DNA from: Auanema rhodensis
Taxonomy: Eukaryota > Animalia > Nematoda
Direction of reading: 5' to 3'
NCBI GenBank assembly: GCA_964057225.1
Contig: OZ059897.1
Location: forward strand, 14,136,001 to 14,200,000
DNA length: 64,000 nucleotides
A program made the translations under genes and the position numbers. Positions 28,001 to 40,625 of this stretch are shown here, piece after piece (position 1 is the first letter of the stretch; each line of letters starts with the position of its first letter). Under the pieces are notes generated by a model. That model was not told the origin of the DNA and did not search any database. It saw only the letters and a list, made by a program, of their open reading frames with translations.

Positions 28001-31000
28001 CAAATAGTCAAAAAACCTCGGAGAATGTACACTTGTTCTTAAGCTTATTGTTTTTTTTCACACACATGAGAGAAAGAGATACGGCGAATTCTGGAAAGGA
28101 AAAATTGAATATGCTTTACTATTTTTAATTTTTTTTTAAACACATATCCATTGCGATCAAAAAAATAATTTTTTTTTAAATTCGTCCTAATCTCAATGTC
28201 ATTATCGTTATTATCATTTATGTACATATTAATGTCAAAAAACAAATCTTTGTCATTCATTCTCAGGTTATTACAATTATTTTAAAATATTTTACAGCAG
28301 ATTAAAAAAAACTTTGAGTTTGTTGTTGAAAAACCTTTTTAATTATCATGGGAATTAGGAGAAAATGGGGAACCAAGAAATTGTTCATCTCAGCTTTTTA
28401 CTGATCAAAGATGTGATTTTTCTTCTTCCGGACACACTGCTCTATTATCGCTGTTTATGGAAGGATAGAACATCGTTCGCTGTTAGACACATCTTAGTTT
28501 TTAACCCCCACCACCCCCCCAAACTCTGATTCTCCTACTATCTTTCTTCGGTTTCGTAAAAACTTCTATTTGAAAGATTCCTTCCAAAACAGAAACAAAA
28601 TAGTAGCATGATGTTGTGATCTCGTTACATACTTCTTTTCAAACAACATTCTAACAATAGTCATCAATGAAATCAAATGAAGCTGTTTTATTTCTTGTCA
28701 TGACCAGTTGAACCTCAACTCTGAAATCCTGGATTGTTTTTGTTATATTATATTATTTTCTACGAACATACTCAATTTCCTTCTTATTCATACTCTACTA
28801 TTTCCTTTTGCTATCATAATCTATCTTATTTCTTCGTATGTTTTTTTAATTTGAATGAGGATTTTAAACAAAAGAAAGAAACATCAAACACCGTATTTGG
28901 TTTAGATATTTTATTTGTTTACATATTGTAATAAGCTTAAAATATAAAAAAACATCCGAACACAGTTATCATAGTGCTTTAAAATTCTACATCGTCTAAA
29001 TGAAAATAATTCGAGTATCATATTATATGAAATATTCTATATTGGGTAACATATATCAAACTGATATCATTAGGTATCCGGTTTTCATCTTAATTCTAAT
29101 GTAGCTTCTGAAATTTGATCGATCTATATATCGTTGGCCAAGACGATACTCCCCCCATCAGTCAACTCAACTTCACGTCAGCTAGTACTAACGGACTTTC
29201 AGCTGTTTTTCCGATTTTTCAAAAAAATCTAAAGCTTATTTATTTATTTTTATTATTGAATAGACTGGAAGGAGATCATAGATACATTGATATATTTTAT
29301 GTTGGCAATTACATTATAATACTCTAGAATACACAGTTTTAATGTTCTTCTATACTTTCTTTTCATAAAGAGATTAAGGTAGTAAAGATTAACGTTTTGA
29401 TGAAAAAAAAATAAATTCACTATAATACATGCTCTTGGCATATTCTTGGAATAATTTGATCATTTTACTACCAAAAAGTCAACATTTCTTTTCCATAAAT
29501 ATATTCTTTTCTTGGTATTTTCCCGTCTTCCACGTTTACACTTTCTTAAATCTGTAAAATCTGAATGATCAGTATTTTCCTTATCTTTTTCATAATCGCT
29601 TTCCAGAAAATCAATCATTTCATCTATAAAATGAATCTTTAATGAACTATTGAAGTTATAAGATTATAAGTCCAGAAATGTATAAGTATAAAGATAACAT
29701 AAGCACGTGCATTTATTGAAGTTTAGTCAATTATTTATTTTTATTTTGAAAATATTATATATTTATATACATATATATATATATATATAGCTTTCATAAA
29801 AAATAAAATAGAAAATGTTCTCTTACAAACAAACAGGTCGGAATCCTCTCGCTTTTTTCCTTGTTTCCACGTAAAAAATGAAAACATTTCGAATTACAAA
29901 AACAGTCAGTCGAAAATGTTTTCCATTCTGCCAGATGTGCAGATTACTAAAGGCCTAGCACATTTTATAATTTTCGAGATTCTAGTAAAGATAACACAGA
30001 GGCAATTCCATGATCATCATTACACACCGTCAAAACTTAAATGTTTTATTTTCTGAATAGACAATTCAAAAAATTTTCAATTTATTCATGAAATGTCATA
30101 CAGCTTTTCTATATTTTTTTTGCTTTCTCCGCTCTTGTATTCTCCAAGTTAAGCTAAGAACAAACGCACATATCTCGTCTTGACGATATAATGGGAGTGT
30201 TAGTTCATCGTATATTGATCGATCGGCCTTGAGACTAATCTAAGATTTGTTTGATTGGTGTTCACAATATTCATTATTCCTTCGTCGAGTTACTCTTTTG
30301 TATGAATTAGCAAGATCGGTAGAATTCTTTTTATTCCCTTTATTTAAAGGGCGGAGCTCAGTAGAATTGGTCTTGTCACGCGAGCTCCGTGCTTTTGCCA
30401 GCGCCCGAGCAAATCCATTTCTCCAGCCCGCATGACTTCGCTCTTACAGCATTGTAGCTTTCTTTGTGAATATTCGATAAGCTTTTCTGAACAGTTAAGT
30501 TTAATTAATGAATTACATATGACTTCTATGTTATTGTTTATCTTATTTTTCTTATCAAAATACGGTTTAATAGTTTTTCATATAGCGATAAGGTTAGTGA
30601 CAGTGTTTAAAGATATGAAAATAGCTACTGACAGATTATTAAATTTATTTCTCACTTTTATCTTTAGAATCATGCATATTTATTGTACGCTTCTGAAAAT
30701 GTACTTGATTCAGAATGTATCTTTTCCTAGTTTTCATCAATTCCAAAAATTTTTGACCATGTTCTTGATCTTTGCACTGTTTTAACAAGCTCGAAATGCT
30801 ATTCAATAGAAATTCTAAGTTCTAGTGTACTAACTCATTATTATTCGGTGTACGCGCTAGTTTAATTTCATTTTTTTGTAATTTGTCTTCATTCTTTTTT
30901 GACACACCCTTCGAGAAATATAGTTGTACTATACTCTAGAATCGTTTGTTACGTTATTCGACTTCATTGATAACTGAGGCAAATAACTCGGGCAGCTGTT

Positions 31001-32041
31001 AAGCTTCTGTTGCAGAAACAGAAAAACAAGTAAAATATATTAATTAGCTGAGATATTTTTTAAGTTTAACATATTACCCAATTCCTTGCCTTATGATGTC
31101 AGTGTTATTTATATGAGTGCTTTATCGCTTAGGGTTTCTTGATTTGTTTTGGCACTAATTTGTTTTGACAGTAACCAGCGCAGAGGAAATGAATGTATTG
31201 TCTTCCGACATTTGCAAAACAGTTTTTCATCATTCAACCATCTTTATATCTTTCAAAGTTTCAATGAAGGAATAACTGGAATAGGAATGAATGGCATGGA
31301 CAAGTTGGCCGGATGTGACAACGCCAGTCGTCATAAGTATTTCATATCAAACTCAAAAGTTCATTGTCTTTAATTGTTTCTCTTTTTTTAAGCTTTGTTT
31401 ATGATAATCTTTATTTCTTGATAACAATCCTGAACTTGTCGTATTTAGCAAAAAAAATATGTTCTAATATTCTAGGTGCTACCGACGAAATGATTCCTCT
31501 CCGCTTTGTTTGACGATCTGAGGTTGATGGTATTTCAACTGAAATCAACCGTGCTCTGCCCTTTTTAAAGGAATCACCTAAAACATCTTTCTAAATTTTT
31601 CTTTCAAAAACTCACGAAAGTCTAAAAGCCTCAAGACTGGATTTTAACACCTGTTCGGTAAGTGATAAGTAGCCTCTATGTTTTCGAAGAAATTTCTAAT
31701 AATATATTGTAATCAATTCTTTTTAGGATTGGGCTAGCAAGTCGATGAGTCTCTTCTAATAAAGGTCAGTGTGCGCTTTTAATAACTATGTTGATGTCAT
31801 TGAAATATTCTATAATTATAACATGTTTATGCTTATTCGTGCTCTTTTCTTTACATTTTCTTAGTTTGGTTGTTGTTCTCTTGTAAGAAAAAACATGATT
31901 GCCGGGCGTAACTTCACAGACATACACACTAGGTCTTTTTCGCTATTCCCACTTTTCTCTTTTTAATTTGACGTTTTCACATTTTGAATCCGAAAAGGGC
32001 TTTGAGATAATTCAAACAGTAATCTTTTCGTACTATTAAAT

Positions 32042-35000
32042 ATGATCCTCCTCCATTTGGCTGATGTAAGGAATTTGCTTCCCTTGTTAAGAATGAATTA
32101 TGCAAATTCTTGTTTTATCAGTTTACTTTAAATGTATTATACTTTTGTTTCAGGGGATGATAACGGCGTGCACAATGAATGACGATTTAGAAAAAAAATG
32201 TCTTCTGACACCTGGAGTAAACTCAAGCATTAACGGAGACTTCACTTTCAACCAGGTACAGCTTTTTATATTTTATATCGTTTTCAGTTTAAAAAAAAGC
32301 AATATTTTTTTTATATTTTGACCGTCTGGTGTTTGTTGCCATTATTCATTTACCAAGAAAACATAGTCTAAAATTCAAATTATTTTCTATTGTCCATTTC
32401 TTATCTATATTAATACAAGCTGTTTATTTATAGTCTCATACAAGTGAGGCAGAAATGGCTCAGTCTCCTGAACCTACGGAAAGCCCTCGTTCACCCTCAC
32501 CTATGGCTTTTGCTGATTGCCCATTAATCTACAGGTTTCATTTTATATCTTATAGTTTGAATAGATTTTTCGGTTTATTTCAGTGAACCAGCATTGGGAG
32601 GGCCTCATCAGCCTACTCCTGTAAGTCTGGGCCCTTTTTTCGCTATCAGTGATACCGCTTTACCAAAGGTAGTTTTATTTGTTTATTATCTATTATCAAT
32701 TTGGATTTTACTAGATGATTGGAAATCCTAAAAGAGATAGTGGAATTGCTTCAAGCAATAATGTAAATGATAATGATGATGAAAAAGGAGATGGTACAGC
32801 TACCCCAAAAAGCAATTCAATGTATATGTCTGATATGTCATTCTGCACAGTTGTCAACGGAGGGTAAGCTAGTAGTTTTTCTTTTGTTTATCGTAGTTTT
32901 TTCTGCAGACGACAAGGACATAAAGCCTCGTTTTCTACAAGGGAAATTCGTGAGCAACATGCACGAATGCAACAGAAGTATAAAGAAGACTCAAAGAAAG
33001 AAAAATTTTTTACTGACCCCGTAGATTTTGAAGGTACTAACTGTTATCAAGTATAGAGGCACTATATTGTTTTTCTAAGGAATTTTGAACATAATTGGAG
33101 GATGCTCTTGGTGGCAAATTTGGATTTATGTTCTTATTGCAATGCAGCAAATCCCTCATGCTATGTTCAATTTGAATGTTGTTTATATGATGTATGATCC
33201 TGATCATCATTGCGAGGTAATCATTGATAATCTCGTTTTTACAAGGTTTGAACTTTTAGGTTCCCGGCTTTGGGTTGAATGACTCTTCACCGGATTATAA
33301 GTGGGGTTTGGATGATGTCCAAGATAGTCATATGGTTTTTCCTAGCATGACAATGGATAAATACGAACGTGATTCTGTATGTTTATAGTCTATTTATTAT
33401 TTTTTTTATTTTAATCCTTGTTTCAGTGTCATTATTACGCCCGCTCAGCTGAGAGATATAAGGAGTTAAGAAAAATGCCACTGGAGGAAGCCAAATTAGC
33501 AGCTTCCAGAGACAATGTATCGCGTGCCTCATGTGACAAATACACATATAAGTCGGATGTGAGACCAATAATGAGCTTGATTTATCTCATGTATTTCTTA
33601 TTTAGGTTATGAGGGAAACCATTGTAACAGATTGGAATCTAGTCTGTAATGATTACTTGAAAAAGGGACATGCTCACCTGTTCTATTCTTTTGGATATTT
33701 GGTAGGATGTGTTCTGGGAGGATTAGCTAGCGATAAGTGAGTACACAGTATTACAGTTGATTCAGGTTTTTGATCTCTTTTAGCTTTGGTCGGAAACCTA
33801 CCGTTATTGGTTTTGGGATTCTCTCGTCGATGTTTGGTGTTTTCTTGCCTTTCACTACGTATTATCCAATGTTCCTGTTTATCCGTTTATGTAGTGCAAT
33901 TTGTAATGAAGCTGCTGATTTAGCCGCCTATACCTTATGCATGGAGATTACAGGTAAATAAAAGAAATATCTATTTTATATCAATGTCAATTTTCTTTTT
34001 CAGGAACACGTTACCGATCCATGGTTGGAAGCATGTTACAAGTCCCCTGGGCTTTGGGTTATGCTTTACTTGCTCTTATAGCTTATATATCAAAAAGTTG
34101 GAAAACTGTACAGGTAATTATTTATTTTTTTCCTGAGGGTGTATTATAAAATATAAAAATTATTTGTTTTATTTTAATTTTGAATTGAAACATGAACGTC
34201 TGGAATACAATACCAAATACGAATTGATGTTTTTACCAGAGTTATTCATTATTCAAATGTGCTATTTATATGCTAATTTTCATAGGTCATTGCTGCTGGA
34301 CTGCATTTTGTAGCCGTTGTACTTATTTGTTCTCTACCTGAAAGTCCACGATGGCTCATGGTTAAAGAGCGTGTGGATGAAGCTGAAGAAGTAATTCGGA
34401 AAGCTTGCAGGTAAATATAGGATTCTTTCGATTTTGTTTTTGATTTTCATATTCTGTAGAACACCCCCTTTTCCCTTCAACATGTGCCGTATTAATCGTG
34501 GTTCTCTTCCTTCTGATCTCGAATTGGTGTGTCATAGAGAAAAGAGATTAAATCCCAACGTAAGTCATAATATTCATATGGAAGTTACTGTGTGGTTTAA
34601 GGGTAAGGTTGGTATGTCTGATCTTTTCAAAACGCCGGAATTACGTTATCGAACTATCATTGTCTGCATTGTCTTTATAGCTAATGCATTAGTATACTAT
34701 GGATTGGTTATTGGTATGTTTCTTTATTATACAGTTGATATTGAAAGGTTGGAACTATATAACATTTAGCACTTTCGGATCAGTCTGCTCCTGGGCGTGT
34801 TTTGTTCACGGGAAATTTCTTTTTGAACAATGCCATTGCGGGTTTTATCGAAATTCCTACGTTGTTCGGATGTGTATGGTTAATGAAATTCGGAAGAAAA
34901 AGGTTGAAAACAATTTTTTTATTTCGTATTTCGGTTTTTGGTTTAGAGCTCAACAAATGACGTTAGTAGGAGGTGGGCTTGCCATTATCGTTGCAATGCT

Positions 35001-35831
35001 CGCTGTTGTCTCACATAACTACATGGTCGCTCTGTTCTTTATGTTATTAGGAAAAATATTCATTCAGGTGTTTGCAAATATTTTCCCGATTTTGTTTATT
35101 TATTATTTTTCAGGGAGCTTTCAATATTCTATATATATTTACATCTGAGTTATATCCTACTATTATCAGAAACTCAGCTGTCGGAATGACTAGCATGGTT
35201 TGCATTACTAAGTTTTATCTATGCATTATATTTGACGCGTTCAGGTTGCACGTTTTGGTTCGGGTATTTCTTCATATATTGCTCTTTTATCCAACATTTC
35301 TTTACCAATCGTTCCAATGATCATCTTTGCTATTTTCTCCTTATTTGCCGGAATGCTTGTTTCTGTACTTCCGGAAACAAGTGAAAAGCCTCTTCCGGAG
35401 ACACTGGATGTGAGCTATTTTATTTTTCGTGTTCACTCATGCCTTCTGTACTTTAGGATGCTGTGAATTTCCTCCAAGCTGAGCATAGGTCATGCTATGG
35501 ATGGGGAATCCGCAAACAATCTGAAAGCATTTCTATTACTGGAAATACTAACGACGCAATTACTGAGTCACCAAAAAACAGCAGCGGCAGCAGGTTTCCA
35601 ACTTAAAAAATTTAATATTTCAATTTTTTGATTTTCAGATCTTCCAGCTTGGTACCTAACAGCCTAAGGCATATTCCCCGAAATCTTCCTCCAAGCCGGA
35701 ATGTAATGTTTTGCTTTTTTTCATGTTTTATATTATATTTCTAGGAAAGCAGATGTGAATCAATTTTACAAGATCTAGCTGATCTCTCAATTCCTGAGCG
35801 TCTGCCCGAAGCATTCGCTGAGGATTCCTAA
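32042..35831 (+). CDS. SLC22/MFS organic cation transporter (oct-like) with long N-terminal extension
   Basis: DFEGILNIIGGCSWWQIW..., TIVTDWNLVC, SDxFGRKP, LPESPRWL, YIFTSELYPTIIRN and LPET motifs over about 20 exons; TAA at 35829-35831. Start is either MILLHLAD (32042, spliced in frame) or ATG 32157. Confidence 0.9.
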
Positions 35832-36473
35832 ATTAAAATTTGTAATTTTTCGATTTAATCGATTAAGCTTAACAGTTCTCTTTTTTTATACTAAATTTTG
35901 ATTACGTCAGTACTATCATATTCTTCATTTTTCATTTATTTTCATCTGAGGTGTCAGTCTCTCTTCTCTTGTTGTATACTATGACGCTTTTCTTGTTCTT
36001 CTTTCTTTCCTTTCTGTCTCATATCTCTCGGTACTCTTTTATCTTTTCGGGTATATATATTTGTGATTCTTGACTACTTTACCTCCCCTGTGCATCAGTC
36101 TAGTCCTCCTTTTGTTTTTTGTTTGGTTCATGGCTAGGATGTGCATTTACATCGCCTACATCTTATACATTGTCTTCTTTTGCTTTGTGATCTTTTGTTG
36201 CGTTTGTTCCTCTGTTTCTAGGTCTGGTACCTACAGAAAAATGCACTACTTTTCTTATATCTTATAATTGAAGATTTGACACCTCAGATTGCATGTGTTA
36301 CTATATTATACTGGTGCTTCCGTGTAGGATAACATTTATGTTCTATGGATCGCTTTTTATTTTTATTTGATCCTTTTATCACTCAAAAGATATTATCTAT
36401 TTTGTTGACTCACAACAATAGTTTACTACAGACACGATTAAAGCATTAGGTCTGAATTTGTTCTCATCTACAT

Positions 36474-37932
36474 TTAAGCTCTATTTGCTGCATGTTTAGC
36501 AACTAAATTAATCTGAAGTTGAGCGGAAGAAATCATTACTTGGTCATGATTTCCTGTTCTCTGCAAAAAAGTACAATATATGAAAACATAAATTAAGAAA
36601 CTCACAACAAATTCTTTATCAGCACCTACAAGCTCAGAGGCTAATTGGCCACAACCATTTCGATGACCTACTTTATCATCTTGAGGGGAATAAATAGAAA
36701 AAACATGCTTGCCTTCATAGTGATGCCTAAACGGAAAATATATCTTAATCAAACGGAACTTCATAAACTAACTGTTTGTTGATATCAGTTAGAAACTTTG
36801 AGCCGCAGGATAGCCCTGTTACTAGGTTGCACGCTCCCGGGAATGGGAAAAGGCACAAGTAGGATCCCCTGTTTGCTCCTAAATGTATATTTCGATAGTT
36901 TAAAATAGAATAAAAAAAACCTGCAACAGAAACATAAGTATCAACAATAGGTGTGAGAGGTGGTCCTAAATTCTCACCAGTGTCAACACAATGTCCCCCA
37001 AGTATAGCCTGAAAATATTTTAGATTACGTGAAATATAATGGAAGTTGAATGCAACCACTCAGAACTTTCAAAATGATTTAGAATGAAGTTTAGCGGAAT
37101 AAAGTTTTTGCACCGTGCGCGAAGGCCACGGAAATTCTTTTCATTTTCAAATTGATCATGTCAATTACGTCATTCACGTCATTCACGTTGTTCACGTCAT
37201 ACACTTGGATTTGCAATTGTAATCGGATGAGTTCATCGAATAGAGAAATGATTTCAAACAAAAACCTTTCTTGCGACAGGAGATCCCATAGAGTATCCAA
37301 TGACGTCTATCTGACGGCGTGTATACGCTGCCACGGACTGTATCATGTAACGAACCTTGACAGCAAAAAATCAAAATTAAACACTGATTTAATGGGAGAC
37401 AGAGAAATACCTGCTTCACATATTCACATTTCATATCAAAAAGGGGAGCTGGTGTTTTCCCACCATCTCCATATGTTGTACCGAATACATGAGCATCTGT
37501 CCATCCTAAACTCAGAAAATGACGACGCCATCCATCAAAAGTTCCAGCTGTATTAGCGATTCCGTGAACAAGTACAACGGCTTGTTTTCTGCAAATGGAT
37601 AATAACAGATTAAAGCAGTAAACTACAGTTTTCAAAATCAGGAATTGAAACGAAATATGAGTAACTGTTCATGAAAAAGAAGAATTTGGAAATGATGCCT
37701 TACTTCGAACGTGTTCCACCTACATGATTGCCACCACCATAACTGCCTTGAGATCCAAGATCGCGTCTAGCTAATTTATCCGCTATATGCTGCAAAAAAT
37801 GATAAAATTTGAGTGAAATCAAAAACTGATTACCTTTCCATAGTTATTTATCAAAAATTCATTAAAATTTGCAGAAAAATCAGCGCATATAGGTGAAAGG
37901 AATGAAGCCACAAGCAAAGTATATACAAACAT
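36474..37932 (-). CDS. Secreted Lipase_2 (lips-family) lipase
   Basis: Signal peptide MFVYTLLVASFLSPICA; VVLVHG; nucleophile motif IDVIGYSMGSPVARKAILGGHCVDTGENLGPPLT; VAGANRG; DDKVG; C-terminal His (GNHD). Confidence 0.92.
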
Positions 37933-40625
37933 TATAAATTAATTAAAAGCAATAAATAAGCTTAAGTGAGCTTCACGCAGGTATAAGAACAATCTGAAAT
38001 AAAACAAAAAATTAACAGAATTGAATACTATAAGTACAAAAGGTAAAAGAACAGAAGATATATGAAGAAAAAATGATAATACAAGTCTTTAAATGGGCAA
38101 TGAACACTAATGGGAATCTAAAAACATGTCTTGTTTTCTTTGTCTATCGAAATTGATGATGGCATACAGTTACAACTATCCAGAAGTCAACATAACTATT
38201 TGCCGTGTAGTCAGCTAAGTAAGGGTGTGAGCGTCTGTTGTACATGATAGTTATAACAACGTCTGCTTTAATGGTTGAAACTCCTTTAGTTAAGCTATAC
38301 ATCAGCTTAAAAGTGTGGAACCTTGAGGCCACCTGTGAAATGAATGACAAAAATTTTATGTTGTAACATCGTCATAGTACAATAACCAAAAGTGGTTTCT
38401 TGCAAGATTGAACAACATATAAAATGCTTTTTCCTTGAACAAACTAATACACAGTGAAAATAACTTTTCTGATGAATCACTTATAAAATTAAATGAAAAA
38501 GCTAAAGTCGTATACATGTTCTATTATAATTCCTTCATAATTATCAAACAAAAAATTCTTTTCCATGCCAGAAAGATGATTAGTTTTGGTCAGCTCATCT
38601 GGATTTTCCACATCCAATTAACCCCTTAACCATTTTCACATGTTTATCTATATACATAAAAGAAGTCTGAAAGTAAAAGTCTTGGCTACTGCTAAACTAT
38701 CAAAGACCAATGAACGCCATAGTTAGCCCAAAAAAAGACGTGCAGATTTCAATGCTTTTCGTTAGCCACCTCGTAAATTTTATAACTTTCCTTGTTTATT
38801 CTCACAATATACACGTTCACGCCTCACTTCAATCCTAAAACAGTTGTGGCCATAAATGGTACTGACTGCAAAAAAAAGCCGGTGTCCGTGTCAGATTCAC
38901 GTCATAAAAATCAAACAGTACGTCGCCGGGGATAACATGAAATACCGGAAGCCGTTAGGATACTCATCCAATCAACCAGTTTAGTATACCAGGTATATAT
39001 AGCACATTCCACACAATTGGGTTCATTTTTCCGTTTTCCTCGATCTCATATAGTTAAACATCATCCTTTTTTTCAAGTAATCTGGCGCTCGACTTCTGAA
39101 TCTTGAACGCACTTTATATTTGACTACAATAATGTAACAAGTGCGGATAGTACAGTTTTTTCAGTTCAATTTTCATGCTATGATAGTTCTTATGACGGAT
39201 ATTTCTTTTTGTAACAGTATTATTCTTTTCTTATACGTTTATTTTATTATTTGTTATATATAAACGTGTACTCATAAGTGTACTCATTCTTTGTGAGATG
39301 ATTTTCTTCTGGAATACGAGAAGAGGATATTTTACTAAGAGCGAAAAGAAGAGAGATTTTAGAGAAGGTGTAAGCAAGAATATCTATTAAAAGGAGAAAA
39401 GAAGTAGAGATGATCAGATATCTATGTGTGGTCGAGATATTTGTTAAATCAACATACAAAGGTTGAGGATTTTTTCCAGACTCTTTGGATGAGATCTGTG
39501 CAGAAGACCTCCATGTCATTGCTGACTTGACATTTCATTTGCTTTTTCATTGAATTTCTAGCATTAGCGCAAGAAATTAAATCATAAAAGCCACGATTAA
39601 AAACATTAAATGTTTCGAGAGATTTCTTTTTTTCCCCATTTTGCAAGGTAATCTCACTTTTTTTTATCTGTTCTTGCTCTTTGCGTACATTGTGACATTC
39701 GTAAGTCAAGGGAGAAAGTTCTAAAGAGAACGAGAGAGCACAGCGTTATAAACAATAAGAGATGTAAGCGAGACGAAAAGTAGGAGGAGCAAAATGAAGA
39801 TGAAAACTTTTTTTCGACAAGAGATCATGGTTTAGCCGATGATGTCAGTCAGACAGTTCTTTCAAGTGCTTGAGCCGTACATCTAAATAGCAGATCTTTG
39901 TCGTGTCATTGTCTGTTTCATGCTCACACCTGCTTTATCTTTAGTTAAATTATCTCGCTAGCAGTTTTCCTCATTTTTTCTATTATCCCGAGTATTTTTA
40001 GTTTTTTTTTATATTTCTGACTATGCAGTCAAGAAATGTTTATTACACACCAAGCGTTGTTTAGCTGCAAGGTTAATTCTTTTCTGAACTCACCTGCTAG
40101 TTAAAACCACTATTTTTAAAATAGTTGGAAATAAATCTAAAATCTCAAAGCAATTTAACAATTTCAAGTTTTTTTATGTCTTTGTTTCACACATTCTCCT
40201 TTTTTTTGACCGTAATACCACAGATGGATTTCTCGCAGCTGTAGTAGATGAAACCTCCTTTTTTCACAATAAAAGGAATCTTTTACAGTTCTTTATTTCA
40301 GACCATTTCCCCTCAATCATTCCAGCATATATATACGTATATCAAATTCGCTACATCCGCTTTAAAACGAGTAATTCGTTCTTTTTTTTTCATGATCATT
40401 CTCTGAAATATTTTGATATTTAACACAAAATTACAGTACTCATACAATCACAATTGATGATCTATATTTCTCTTAGTTTTCAAATGCAATTTTCTATTTT
40501 CATACTTCTATAATAAATATTGATATCAAAATATTTTTCTTTCAAAACATCAATGTCTTACTTGATTTCAACAATTTTCAACTTTCATTTCAGATTTCTC
40601 AGAGCTATTTCAATCACATCCAATT

